Source of the DNA: Acerihabitans sp.
Lineage (GTDB): Bacteria > Pseudomonadota > Gammaproteobacteria > Enterobacterales > Enterobacteriaceae
NCBI RefSeq assembly: GCF_036398755.1
Contig: NZ_DASWOM010000011.1
Location: 21,637-51,636 of the forward strand
Direction: 5' to 3'
DNA length: 30,000 bases
The stretch's first letter is position 1. Every line of letters begins with the position of its first letter. Made by a program: the position numbers and the translations under genes. A model generated the notes under the pieces. The model ran no database searches, had not been told where the DNA came from, and saw only the letters and a list, made by a program, of their open reading frames with translations. Below, one piece after another: positions 1-8,538 of the stretch.

Positions 1-2
1 TT

Positions 3-701
3 ATGCTATTGGTGATTAAAGAAGTTATCTACAAGCTGCCGGTCAATATCATGCTGGCGACCAACGCTTTTGCGCTGGGATTGTTTCTGGCGGTGGTGAT
101 TACGGTTATCAGGTTTTATCGATTGCGTTTTGTCATCAAAATAATCGATTTTTATATATCGCTGGCGCGGGGTATCCCGCTATATCTGCAAATCGTATTG
201 TTTTTTTTCGGCCTGCCGATCGTGTTGAAAACCCTGGCCGACGCGCTGGGCATGGAGTTCAGCATCCGGCATTTTTCACCGGCGGCGTCGGTCGTGGCCG
301 CGCTGACCTTTAACGTCACCGCTTCGCTGTCGGAATCGCTGCGTGGCGGGGTTGCCGGCATCAGGCGCGGGGAAATCGAGGCCGGCCATTCCATCGGCAT
401 GACCCTATGGCAAATTTTGCACCGGGTGGTGGTTCCCCAGTCCGCCGTGCTCTGCCTGCCCAATTTCTGCGTGTTGTTTATCGGCCTGGTCCACAGCACC
501 ACCCTGGCGTTTGGGGCGACGATTATTGAAATGAACGGCCAGGCGAGCCTGTTGGCCGATGACAATGGCCGCTATTTTGAGGCTTTTCTCGCGGCCGGGA
601 TATTTTTTTGGGCCATTACCCTGGTTATCCAGAAGATATTTAAATTATTGGAAAATCATTTTATTGCCAAGACAAAACTGAATCATGCCGACGCGCAGTA
701 A
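3..701 (+). CDS. Polar amino-acid ABC transporter permease (His/Glu/Gln/Arg/opine family)
   Basis: 232-aa multi-TM ORF. It has an EAA-loop-like segment, SESLRGGVAGIRRGEIEAGHSIGMTLWQILHRVVVPQ, typical of HisM/HisQ-type permeases. The ATG sits at nt 3, so the RBS and true start cannot be verified at the window edge. Confidence 0.85.
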   Translation: MLLVIKEVIYKLPVNIMLATNAFALGLFLAVVITVIRFYRLRFVIKIIDFYISLARGIPLYLQIVLFFFGLPIVLKTLADALGMEFSIRHFSPAASVVAALTFNVTASLSESLRGGVAGIRRGEIEAGHSIGMTLWQILHRVVVPQSAVLCLPNFCVLFIGLVHSTTLAFGATIIEMNGQASLLADDNGRYFEAFLAAGIFFWAITLVIQKIFKLLENHFIAKTKLNHADAQ

Positions 702-817
702 ATATCCGTAAGGCTCATAGCGAACGCTTTCGCGGGAAAGTTTTTAACAATATTCGATACCATAAACCCCCGCCTGTTATCCGGCGGATGAATAGTATTA
801 TGCCATTAGAGGTCCCA

Positions 818-2002
818 ATGATGAAAATTACACAAGTTGAAGTATTGCATATCCATGAAATTGCCACCGATGGCCACAAGGGGCAGCGTCCCGTGCTGGT
901 ACGCATCGATACCGACGCGGGTATTTACGGGTTAGGGGAGGTGGGCCTGGCATACGGTTCCGCCGGCAGGGCGGCTTTTGGTATTATCCAGGATTTAGCC
1001 CGGCATATTATCGGAAAAGACCCGTTTAATATCGAAGGCATTTGGGAAACATTATTTAAAGAAACTTTCTGGGGGCAGGGCGGGGGCGCGGTTATTTTTG
1101 GCGGCATCAGCGGTATTGATATCGCCCTCTGGGATATCAAGGGCAAAGCTCTGGGTGTGCCGGTATATCAATTGTTGGGCGGCAAAACCCGCGATAAAAT
1201 CAGGAGTTATGCCTCGCAAATACAGTTGGGATGGTCCTCAAAGCGTGTGCCGGCGGCGCACCCGGAAGAATATGCCGCCAACGCCAGAACCGCGCTGAAC
1301 GCCGGGTTTGATGCGGTAAAAGTGGACGTTATCATGTTCGATAAGCTTGGTAAAAGCGTCGGCAGGCTCGAAGGCCCGCTGCCCCAGGCCACCCTGCGCC
1401 TGGCGCGGGACAGGGTAAAGGCGATCCGGGAAGAGGTCGGCCCCGACGTGGATATCATTATTGAAAATCACGCCCGCACCGATATCACCAGCAGCATTCA
1501 GCTGGCGAAGGCCATCGAGGAATTTGCCATATTTTATTATGAGGAAATCAATACGCCGCTAAATCCTAAACTGCATAAACTGGCCAAAGAAAAAATCAAT
1601 ATACCCATCGCCTCAGGGGAGCGCATTTATTCCCGTTGGGGATTCCTGCCTTTTCTTACCGACCGCTCGCTGGATGTGGTCCAACCTGATTTGGGCACCA
1701 GCGGCGGATTGAGCGAAGTTAAGAAAATCAGCGAACTGGCGCATATTTACGAAAGCACGGTGCAAGTCCATATCGCGGGTTCGGGGGTTATCGCCGCCGC
1801 GGCGCTGCATTTGGAAGCGGCAATCCCCAATTTTATCATTCATGAACATCATCAGAAAACCTTGATTCCCGGTTACATCGAATTATGCGAGCACAATTAT
1901 CAACCGGTTAGCGGGCATTTCGCCGTGCCTGAACTGCCCGGTATCGGCCAGGAATTAACCAAAACCGCGTATCAAAAAGCGGACCGGATCACGATAAAAT
2001 AA
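818..2002 (+). CDS. Enolase-superfamily (MR/MLE) sugar-acid dehydratase, D-galactonate/mannonate dehydratase family
   Basis: The track ORF is 788..2002. I prefer ATG 818 (or 821) because AGAGG lies at 808-812. The N-terminus MMKITQVEV and the motifs IDIALWDIKGKALGVPVYQLLGG, ASGER and VVQPDL parallel E. coli DgoD as I recall it. Confidence 0.85.
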   Translation: MMKITQVEVLHIHEIATDGHKGQRPVLVRIDTDAGIYGLGEVGLAYGSAGRAAFGIIQDLARHIIGKDPFNIEGIWETLFKETFWGQGGGAVIFGGISGIDIALWDIKGKALGVPVYQLLGGKTRDKIRSYASQIQLGWSSKRVPAAHPEEYAANARTALNAGFDAVKVDVIMFDKLGKSVGRLEGPLPQATLRLARDRVKAIREEVGPDVDIIIENHARTDITSSIQLAKAIEEFAIFYYEEINTPLNPKLHKLAKEKINIPIASGERIYSRWGFLPFLTDRSLDVVQPDLGTSGGLSEVKKISELAHIYESTVQVHIAGSGVIAAAALHLEAAIPNFIIHEHHQKTLIPGYIELCEHNYQPVSGHFAVPELPGIGQELTKTAYQKADRITIK

Positions 2003-2047
2003 GCGCCACGCCGGGTGCAACGTCAGCGATCCCGGGCGCTGGGACCG

Positions 2048-3265
2048 TTATTCCCCCGCGCCCGCCGCGCTATCAAACGCGCGATCGATATCCCGCGTTA
2101 AATCCTGCGGATTTTCCAACCCGATATGCAGGCGTATCAGCGCCGTGTCGCCTTGCCAATCGCCATGCTTGCTTAGCAGCGCCGGATCGGCGATGGTCGC
2201 CAGGCTTTCGTAGCCGCCCCAGGAGGCGCCGATGGCAAACAGCGACAGCGCGTCCACGAACGCCGCGGCAAACCCCGGCGCCTTTCGGCGCACGGTAAAA
2301 GACACCAGCCCGCTGGCGCCGGTAAAATCACGTTGCCATAACGCATGGCCCGGATCCGACGGCAGCGCCGGATAAAACACCCGCGCGACCTCGGCATGAC
2401 CCGCCAGATGCCGGGCCACCTCGGTGGCATTGATCTGGTGGCGCGGCATGCGTACCGCCAGGGTGCGGATACCGCGCAGCGTGAGATACGCATCGTCCGC
2501 GCCCACGGTCAATCCCAGCGCATCGTAGGCGGCGCCAATCCGCGCCGCCAGTTCGGGACCGTCGACCACCACGACCCCCTGCATGACGTCCGAATGTCCC
2601 GCCAGATATTTGGTGGCCGCCTGGAGCGAAATATTAGCGCCCAGCGCCAGTGGTTTGAAAAAATAGCCGCCGCTCCAGGTATTATCCGCGGCCACCAGGA
2701 TCCCGCGCCGGCGGGCCAGCGCGACTATCGCCGGGAAATCCAGCACCTCATACAATAACGAGCCGGGGGATTCCAGGTAAATTAGCCGCGTGTTCGGCCG
2801 GACAAGCGCCGCCAGATCGTCCCCGGACGGTGAAAAATACTGCAACTGTATGCCATAACGCGACAGCAGCGCCCGGTCGATACGATGTATCGGCGAATAA
2901 ACGCTGTCCGCCACCAGGATATGGTCGCCCGGTGACGCCAGCGCGATAAACACCAGGGAAATCGCCGACAGGCCGGAAGGCGTGAGGAATGCGCGATGGC
3001 CTCCCTCAAGGGTCGAGACCGCCGACTCCAGCGCCTGATGGGTATCCATGCCGTGGCGGCCATAGCTGGCGACGCGTTCACCCGCGCTGTGTCGTTGATG
3101 ATAGTCGGCCATGGTGGCGACCGAGGCGAAACGCACGGTGCTGGCGCGCACCACCGGGATATTGACCGGCCCGGCGCCGGCGGGGTCGGGTGCGGGCGCG
3201 CCGCTATGGATCAACAGGGTTTCCGCCCGCAGGGGGGGCTGCGGGGGCTGCGGTTTTCCGCTCAT
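2048..3265 (-). CDS. metC: PLP-dependent C-S beta-lyase of the Cys/Met-metabolism family (MetC-like cystathionine beta-lyase paralogue)
   Basis: 405 aa. SLQAATKYLAGHSDVMQG contains the PLP-lysine motif (E. coli MetC has SIQAATKYLVGHSDAMIG). ASWGGYESL and LIRLHIGLE are also present. GGAG lies 6 nt upstream of the ATG. The ATG overlaps the stop of the upstream cupin gene as ATGA at 3262-3265. Confidence 0.85.
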   Translation of the reverse strand: MSGKPQPPQPPLRAETLLIHSGAPAPDPAGAGPVNIPVVRASTVRFASVATMADYHQRHSAGERVASYGRHGMDTHQALESAVSTLEGGHRAFLTPSGLSAISLVFIALASPGDHILVADSVYSPIHRIDRALLSRYGIQLQYFSPSGDDLAALVRPNTRLIYLESPGSLLYEVLDFPAIVALARRRGILVAADNTWSGGYFFKPLALGANISLQAATKYLAGHSDVMQGVVVVDGPELAARIGAAYDALGLTVGADDAYLTLRGIRTLAVRMPRHQINATEVARHLAGHAEVARVFYPALPSDPGHALWQRDFTGASGLVSFTVRRKAPGFAAAFVDALSLFAIGASWGGYESLATIADPALLSKHGDWQGDTALIRLHIGLENPQDLTRDIDRAFDSAAGAGE

Positions 3266-3879
3266 GCCTTGCTCCTGTCGGGCGTCATCTGGGTGGCGTT
3301 GTAAGGGGTGACGGCGCCGGTGACCGGATCGAACGCCACCCGTCGCACCAGCGTTTCCAACGGACGCCCGTATAAATGCAAATGCCGGGTCGTGCGCTTG
3401 CCGGTGACATGGATGCTATGGATATCCTCCGGCAGGAAGGCGATGGGCGTGCCCGGCTCAACCACCACTTCCCGCAGCAGGCGCAATTCGGCGTGATCCG
3501 GCCTGCCATGATCGTCATGGCGCTCATAGATGCGGTTCAGTTCCTGTCCTTCGACGGCGGCAATGGCGGCCCAGGTGGTATGGTTATGCGGCACCGAGTT
3601 TTTATCCGCCAGCAGCACGTTCAGATAGAGCGCGATGTCGTCATCGCCGTCGTGCGCGTTAAGACGGTAGCGCGCGGAGGCTTCGCCGTCGGCCGTCGGC
3701 GGCGGAAAATCGCGCGCGCTGAATAAGCTTTCATCCGCGGCCAGTCGCGCCAGACGCTGGGTCACCTGCTCCAGCAACGGACGGGATAATGGCTGTCCGT
3801 CCAAAATGGCGCGGATCTCCCGCAGCGTATCTTCTACCGCTTGCCGACGGCGTGAGGCCGATATATCCAGGGTAGTCAT
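3262..3879 (-). CDS. Cupin thiol dioxygenase, cysteine dioxygenase / 3-mercaptopropionate dioxygenase family
   Basis: 205 aa. A 3-His metal site pattern is present: VPHNHTTW (HxH) plus EDIHSIH. HLHLY matches the SLHLY (His155/Tyr157) motif of rat CDO. GGAG lies 7 nt upstream of the ATG. Confidence 0.75.
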   Translation of the reverse strand: MTTLDISASRRRQAVEDTLREIRAILDGQPLSRPLLEQVTQRLARLAADESLFSARDFPPPTADGEASARYRLNAHDGDDDIALYLNVLLADKNSVPHNHTTWAAIAAVEGQELNRIYERHDDHGRPDHAELRLLREVVVEPGTPIAFLPEDIHSIHVTGKRTTRHLHLYGRPLETLVRRVAFDPVTGAVTPYNATQMTPDRSKA

Positions 3880-3938
3880 GACTCTTCTCCCATAAGTGAG
3901 TAAACGATGTGGTGCTTAAGCGACGGTAGAAACCCTCT

Positions 3939-5444
3939 TTATTCCCGGAACGCCTCCCGCCGGGTGCGGCGTATCGCCGGCAGCGCCACCAGCAGGACCA
4001 GTCCGGCCGCCGCAGCCAGCAGGGACGCCGACAGCGGGCGGGTGACGAACGTGCTTAAGTCGCCGTGGGACAACAGCAGGGCGCGCCGGAAATATTCCTC
4101 CAGCAGCGGCCCAAGGACGAACCCCATCAACAGCGGCGCGGGTTCGCAGTCCAGTTTCAACAAAACGTATCCCAGCAGGCCGAAACCGACCGCCTGCAGT
4201 ACGTCGAACACCGCGTTTTGCACCGAATACACGCCGATGCAGCAAAACACCAGGATCGCCGGATACAGAAAGCGGTAGGGGATGCGCAGCAGGCCGGCCC
4301 ACAGGCCCACCAGCGGCAGGTTCAGGATCACCAGCATCAGATTGCCAATCCACATCGAGGCCAGCAGTCCCCAGAACAGGGCGGGATTATTGGTCATGAC
4401 CTGCGGCCCCGGCTGGATATCATGGATCATCATCGCGCCCACCATCAGCGCCATCACGGCGTTGGAAGGAATGCCGAGCGTCAGCAGGGGAATAAACGAG
4501 GTCTGCGCCGCCGCGTTGTTGGCGGCTTCAGGCCCGGCCACGCCCTCAATGGCGCCGTGGCCGAACTCGGCGCTGAATTTGCTGATTTTTTTCTCCAGCG
4601 CATAGGCCGAGAACGAGGCAAGCGTCGCGCCGCCGCCGGGTAATATCCCCAGGATCGAGCCAAGCAGCGTGCCGCGATAAATAGCCGGCCGCATGCGTTT
4701 AAAGTCGGTTTTATCCGGCCAAAGCGTGGAGATTCTGCTGACGTCGACCCCGTTGCCGTCGTTGTCCTCCAGATTGCGGATGATTTGCGCAAAACCGAAG
4801 ATGCCCATCGCCAGCGCGACAAAGCTCAGCCCGTCGGACAGTTCGGCAATGCCCAGGGTAAAGCGCTGGGCGCCGGAATTGATATCGGTGCCCACCAGGC
4901 CCAGCAGCAGTCCCAGGACAATCATGGACAGCGCTTTCAGCAGTGAGCCCGACGACAGCACCACCGCGCCGATAAGCCCGAGAAACATCAGCGAGAAATA
5001 CTCGGCCGGGCCGAAGCGAAAGGCGACTTCGGTCAAGGGTATGGCAAAGGCCGCCAGAACCAGCGTGGCGACGCTGCCGGCAAAAAACGACCCGATGGCG
5101 GAGGTGGCCAGCGCCACGCCGGCCCGTCCCTGCCGCGCCATTTGATGCCCGTCGAGGGTGGTGACAACCGACGCGGACTCGCCGGGGATATTCAACAGGA
5201 TGGCGGTGGTGGATCCGCCGTATTGCGCGCCATAATAAATACCGGCCAGCATAATCAGCGCCGCCTCCGGCGGCAGGGCGTAGGTCGCCGGCAATAGCAT
5301 GGCGATAGCCGCCACCGGCCCCAGGCCGGGCAACACGCCGATCAGGGTGCCGAGCGTACAGCCGATAAAGCAGTACAGCAGGTTTTCCCAGGACAGCGCG
5401 GTACTGAAACCCAGCATCAGATGCGTTAATAACGCCATAACCAA
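3939..5444 (-). CDS. tctA: Tripartite tricarboxylate transporter (TTT), large permease TctA
   Basis: 501-aa polytopic membrane protein of typical TctA size and glycine-rich TM composition. It lies immediately downstream of the tctB-like and tctC-like genes. Confidence 0.9.
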   Translation of the reverse strand: MVMALLTHLMLGFSTALSWENLLYCFIGCTLGTLIGVLPGLGPVAAIAMLLPATYALPPEAALIMLAGIYYGAQYGGSTTAILLNIPGESASVVTTLDGHQMARQGRAGVALATSAIGSFFAGSVATLVLAAFAIPLTEVAFRFGPAEYFSLMFLGLIGAVVLSSGSLLKALSMIVLGLLLGLVGTDINSGAQRFTLGIAELSDGLSFVALAMGIFGFAQIIRNLEDNDGNGVDVSRISTLWPDKTDFKRMRPAIYRGTLLGSILGILPGGGATLASFSAYALEKKISKFSAEFGHGAIEGVAGPEAANNAAAQTSFIPLLTLGIPSNAVMALMVGAMMIHDIQPGPQVMTNNPALFWGLLASMWIGNLMLVILNLPLVGLWAGLLRIPYRFLYPAILVFCCIGVYSVQNAVFDVLQAVGFGLLGYVLLKLDCEPAPLLMGFVLGPLLEEYFRRALLLSHGDLSTFVTRPLSASLLAAAAGLVLLVALPAIRRTRREAFRE

Positions 5445-5447
5445 ACC

Positions 5448-5957
5448 CTAGTGGCTAATAAACGCGGGCCAGACCGGGATTAATTGATCCAGTCCCCAGA
5501 TAAACAACGTCACATTCAGCATGACCAGTACGGCCGTATTGGCAAGCGCGCCCCTGAGGGTGAACTGGCTGCTGGCCCTACTGGCAATCAGCACCAGCAG
5601 TGATACCGAAATCACCAGCCCCGCCGGCTCGAGCAATAGCGCGAATACCGTGGCGGCGCCCAGTACCCACAGCACTTTCCCCGCCCGCCACGGCGGCGCG
5701 GGGGCCGCCATGCGGCGGGCGGATAAAGAGAAAAGGATGACCAGCAGACCGAATGCCGCCAATAAGATCCCAAGGCAAAGCGGGAAAAACCCCGCGCCCA
5801 TCCGGGAGGCGGTGCCCATCGGGTATTGCCCCGCCAGGACGCTGAAACCGCCGCCCGTCAGGAAAAAAAAACAGCCGGACCAGAAATTCCGCCGATGGCG
5901 TATGGCCGGCAGGCCGCCGCGGCGCACCGCGTCGATTGTAAGGGAAGTGATATTCAC
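5448..5957 (-). CDS. tctB: TTT small permease TctB
   Basis: 169-aa, 4-5 TM protein between the tctC-like and tctA-like genes. It uses a GTG start. Its stop is 3 nt before the tctA start. Confidence 0.75.
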   Translation of the reverse strand: MNITSLTIDAVRRGGLPAIRHRRNFWSGCFFFLTGGGFSVLAGQYPMGTASRMGAGFFPLCLGILLAAFGLLVILFSLSARRMAAPAPPWRAGKVLWVLGAATVFALLLEPAGLVISVSLLVLIASRASSQFTLRGALANTAVLVMLNVTLFIWGLDQLIPVWPAFISH

Positions 5958-5999
5958 TATGGTTCCGCCTGTAAGAGCCGCCGCCCGCGGCAGCCGCTA

Positions 6000-6968
6000 T
6001 CATTGAATACTGATGCCCGCGTCGTGGACGATTTTGCCGTAACGCGTCGCGTCAGCGGCCAGTGTCTCGGCCAACTCTTGCGGCGTGCCGGCCTTTACGC
6101 CGTAACCCAGGTTCTCCAGTTCGCGCTTCACCCCGGGTGAACGCAGCACCTCGGCGAAGTCGCGGTTCAGCCGGTCGACGACGGCGGGGGGCGTGCCGGC
6201 CGGCGCCAGGTACCCCTGCCAGCTTTCAACGCTATAACCCGGCTGGCCCGATTCGGCCATGGTCGGCACCTCGGGCAACGCCGGCGACCGGTATGTCGTG
6301 GTCACCGCCAGCGCTTTTAACCGCCCGCTTTTAACATATTCGGTTACCGCCGCCAGGGTAATCAGCGTGGCGTTGGTATGGCCGGCGATAACATCCACCG
6401 CCGCCGGTCCGCCGCCGGGATAGGGGATATAGGTCACCTTGCCGCCGGTGCGCTGATTGAGAATTTCATGGGCAATCTGGGCAATGCCGCCGTTGGTGGG
6501 CAGCCCCAGGCTGATGGCGCCGGGTTTTTCCCGGGTTTCGGCCACATACTGCGCAAACGTAGCGATGCCGAGATTGGGATTGACCACCAGGATTTGCGGA
6601 TTGACCACCGCTTTGATGACAGGCGTAAAGGCGGCGGAATCATAGGGCAATTTCTTGAACAACAGCGCGTTAAGCGTCAGCGCTTCGCCGGTTTGCAGCA
6701 GGGTATAACCGTCGGCGGGCGCCTTCGCCACCTTGGCGCTGCCGATGGTGCCGCTGGCGCCGGGGACGTTTTCCACAATGACCGCTTGGCCCCATTTCTC
6801 ACTGAGCTTTTCCGCCAGCACGCGCGTAAGTTTATCGGCGCTGCCGCCGGCGGCCACCGGTACAATGATTTTGACCGGCTTTTGCGGAAATCCGGCGCGG
6901 TCCTCGGCGTTGGCCACCCCAAGCGTTGCAATCAGCAGACCCAAAGCCAGGGTTTTGTACGGTAACAT
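6000..6968 (-). CDS. tctC: TTT periplasmic substrate-binding protein TctC (Bug family)
   Basis: 322 aa. Sec signal peptide MLPYKTLALGLLIATLGVANA. Bug/TctC-like core (PVKIIVPVAAGGSADKLTRVLAEKLSEKWGQAVIVENVPGASG). GGAG lies upstream of the ATG. Confidence 0.9.
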   Translation of the reverse strand: MLPYKTLALGLLIATLGVANAEDRAGFPQKPVKIIVPVAAGGSADKLTRVLAEKLSEKWGQAVIVENVPGASGTIGSAKVAKAPADGYTLLQTGEALTLNALLFKKLPYDSAAFTPVIKAVVNPQILVVNPNLGIATFAQYVAETREKPGAISLGLPTNGGIAQIAHEILNQRTGGKVTYIPYPGGGPAAVDVIAGHTNATLITLAAVTEYVKSGRLKALAVTTTYRSPALPEVPTMAESGQPGYSVESWQGYLAPAGTPPAVVDRLNRDFAEVLRSPGVKRELENLGYGVKAGTPQELAETLAADATRYGKIVHDAGISIQ

Positions 6969-7176
6969 GGGACGTATCTCCGGTAATAAAAGCCTGTTTG
7001 AATTATCTTACCGGCGAAAGGGACGTTAATTAACTGATTAAACCGGCTATGGTTAGCAACTATTGGTCTAGACGCGGGAAACGCCGACCCACCCGCGCCA
7101 ACCGGCGCTTCCCAAACGCCGGAGGCCATAGTAAGCTTATTTCTCACATAATATTAACATGAGCTGAAAGGTAATA

Positions 7177-8337
7177 ATGTCCATACTGCAAGGCACTGAA
7201 CGTATTTTAACCACCCATGTCGGCAGTCTCCCGCGCCCGGTAAAATTGCTGGATCTGATGAAGTCGAATATCGACGGCGCGGATAATCAGGTGGAGCTGG
7301 AAAGCTGTATCAAAGACGCGGTGATCGAGTCGGTTCAGCAGCAGGTCGATGACGGTATCGATATTGTCACCGACGGAGAACAATCCAAGGTCGGCTTTTT
7401 TGCCTATGTCCGTGACCGCCTGAGCGGTTTTTCTCCTCGTCCGGGGCAGCGCTATACCGCTTTCGACGCGGAGGTCGAGGCGTTCCCCGACTATTACAAA
7501 CACTACTTCGGCGAGGCGATGCTCGGCGGCAACCTGGTGCCTTTCGTGCCGGTGGCCTGCACCGGCACGATTGCCTATCACGGCACCGCGCAATTACAGC
7601 GCGATCTGGCCAATCTGACGCAGGCGCTGGATAAAGCCGACGCCCACGCGGCGTTTATCCCGTCGGTGGCGCCGACCGGCGTGGGCAGCAACGAGTTTTA
7701 CCCCAGCGAAGGCGAGTACCTGGCCGCGGTCGCCGAGGCGCTGCGCGTTGAGTACAAAGCGGTGATTGACGCCGGGTTCAGCCTGCAAATCGACGATCCC
7801 TTCCTGCCCGATTTGTTTGCCGATCGCGCCCTGGACAATAGTGCTATCCACCGCAAGGCGGGTGAATATGTCGAGATCCTCAATCATGCGCTGCGGGGGC
7901 TGCCGCAGGAAAAAATCCGTTATCACACCTGCTACAGTATCAACGAAGGCCCGCGCATTCACGATGTGCCTTTCGTCGAGTTTGTGCGCTATATGCTCAA
8001 TATCAACGCGGCGGATTATTCCTTCGAGGCGGGCAATGTCCGCCATGAGCATGAATACCACCTCTGGGAAGAGATAAAGCTGCCGGCGGGTAAGCGATTG
8101 ATACCGGGCGTGATCTGCCATGCCAGCAACACCGTGGAGCATCCGGAGCTGATTGCCGAACGCCTGGTCCGCTTTGCCGAGCGCGTGGGACGGGAAAACG
8201 TCATCGCCGGGGCCGACTGCGGCTTTTCATCGCAGGCGACCTATAGGACGGAAGTGCATCCCACCGTGGTGCGCGAAAAATTCCGCGCCATGCGCGCGGG
8301 CGCCGACCTCGCCAGCCAACGGCTGTGGAAAAAATAA
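7177..8337 (+). CDS. Short cobalamin-independent methionine-synthase-like protein (MetE C-terminal domain family; Zn-dependent thiol methyltransferase)
   Basis: 386 aa. N-terminal THVGSLPRP motif. His-x-Cys (YHTCY) and a distal Cys (GADCGF) match the MetE zinc-ligand pattern. AAAGG RBS at 7167-7171. Confidence 0.8.
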   Translation: MSILQGTERILTTHVGSLPRPVKLLDLMKSNIDGADNQVELESCIKDAVIESVQQQVDDGIDIVTDGEQSKVGFFAYVRDRLSGFSPRPGQRYTAFDAEVEAFPDYYKHYFGEAMLGGNLVPFVPVACTGTIAYHGTAQLQRDLANLTQALDKADAHAAFIPSVAPTGVGSNEFYPSEGEYLAAVAEALRVEYKAVIDAGFSLQIDDPFLPDLFADRALDNSAIHRKAGEYVEILNHALRGLPQEKIRYHTCYSINEGPRIHDVPFVEFVRYMLNINAADYSFEAGNVRHEHEYHLWEEIKLPAGKRLIPGVICHASNTVEHPELIAERLVRFAERVGRENVIAGADCGFSSQATYRTEVHPTVVREKFRAMRAGADLASQRLWKK

Positions 8338-8444
8338 GCAGGCGCCGTCTCAAGGCCGGATAGGGTACGGTGGGCACCATGGCACACCGACCCGGCCCTG
8401 AGGCCGCCAAGGTGATGTGGTCTAGCAATAATGCGTCCTATTGC

Positions 8445-8468
8445 GGCGGCGGCATCAATGCCGCCGCC
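8445..8468. terminator. GC-rich hairpin between the convergent MetE-like and ABC-permease genes
   Basis: GGCGGCGGCAT/ATGCCGCCGCC inverted repeat (about 9-10 bp effective stem, tetraloop). There is no U-tract on either strand. It may be a bidirectional transcript-end structure or a REP-like element. Confidence 0.35.
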
Positions 8469-8538
8469 CGGCGATGACCCTTTACGCCGCCACCGCACGC
8501 GTAGGCTACCCCGGCGTTCCTGCATGTCTTTGCCCCCT

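Noticed and set aside
5863-5871. An A9/T9 homopolymer inside tctB (coding CFFFL). Similar 8-nt runs occur at 201-208 and 15083-15090.
   Set aside because: These are explained by Phe/Lys codons in membrane or terminal segments. They are too short and too isolated to argue for phase variation without population data.
6980-7113. Inverted repeats in the tctC/MetE-like control region. One is CCGGTAA/TTACCGG (6980-6986 and 7008-7014), partly overlapping the tctC SD. The other is GGGAAACGCCG/CGGCGCTTCCC (7076-7086 and 7103-7113, one mismatch).
   Set aside because: A rough estimate gives several such repeats by chance in 30 kb of GC-rich DNA. The loops are long (21 and 16 nt). There is no partner regulator and no second copy to support a functional role.
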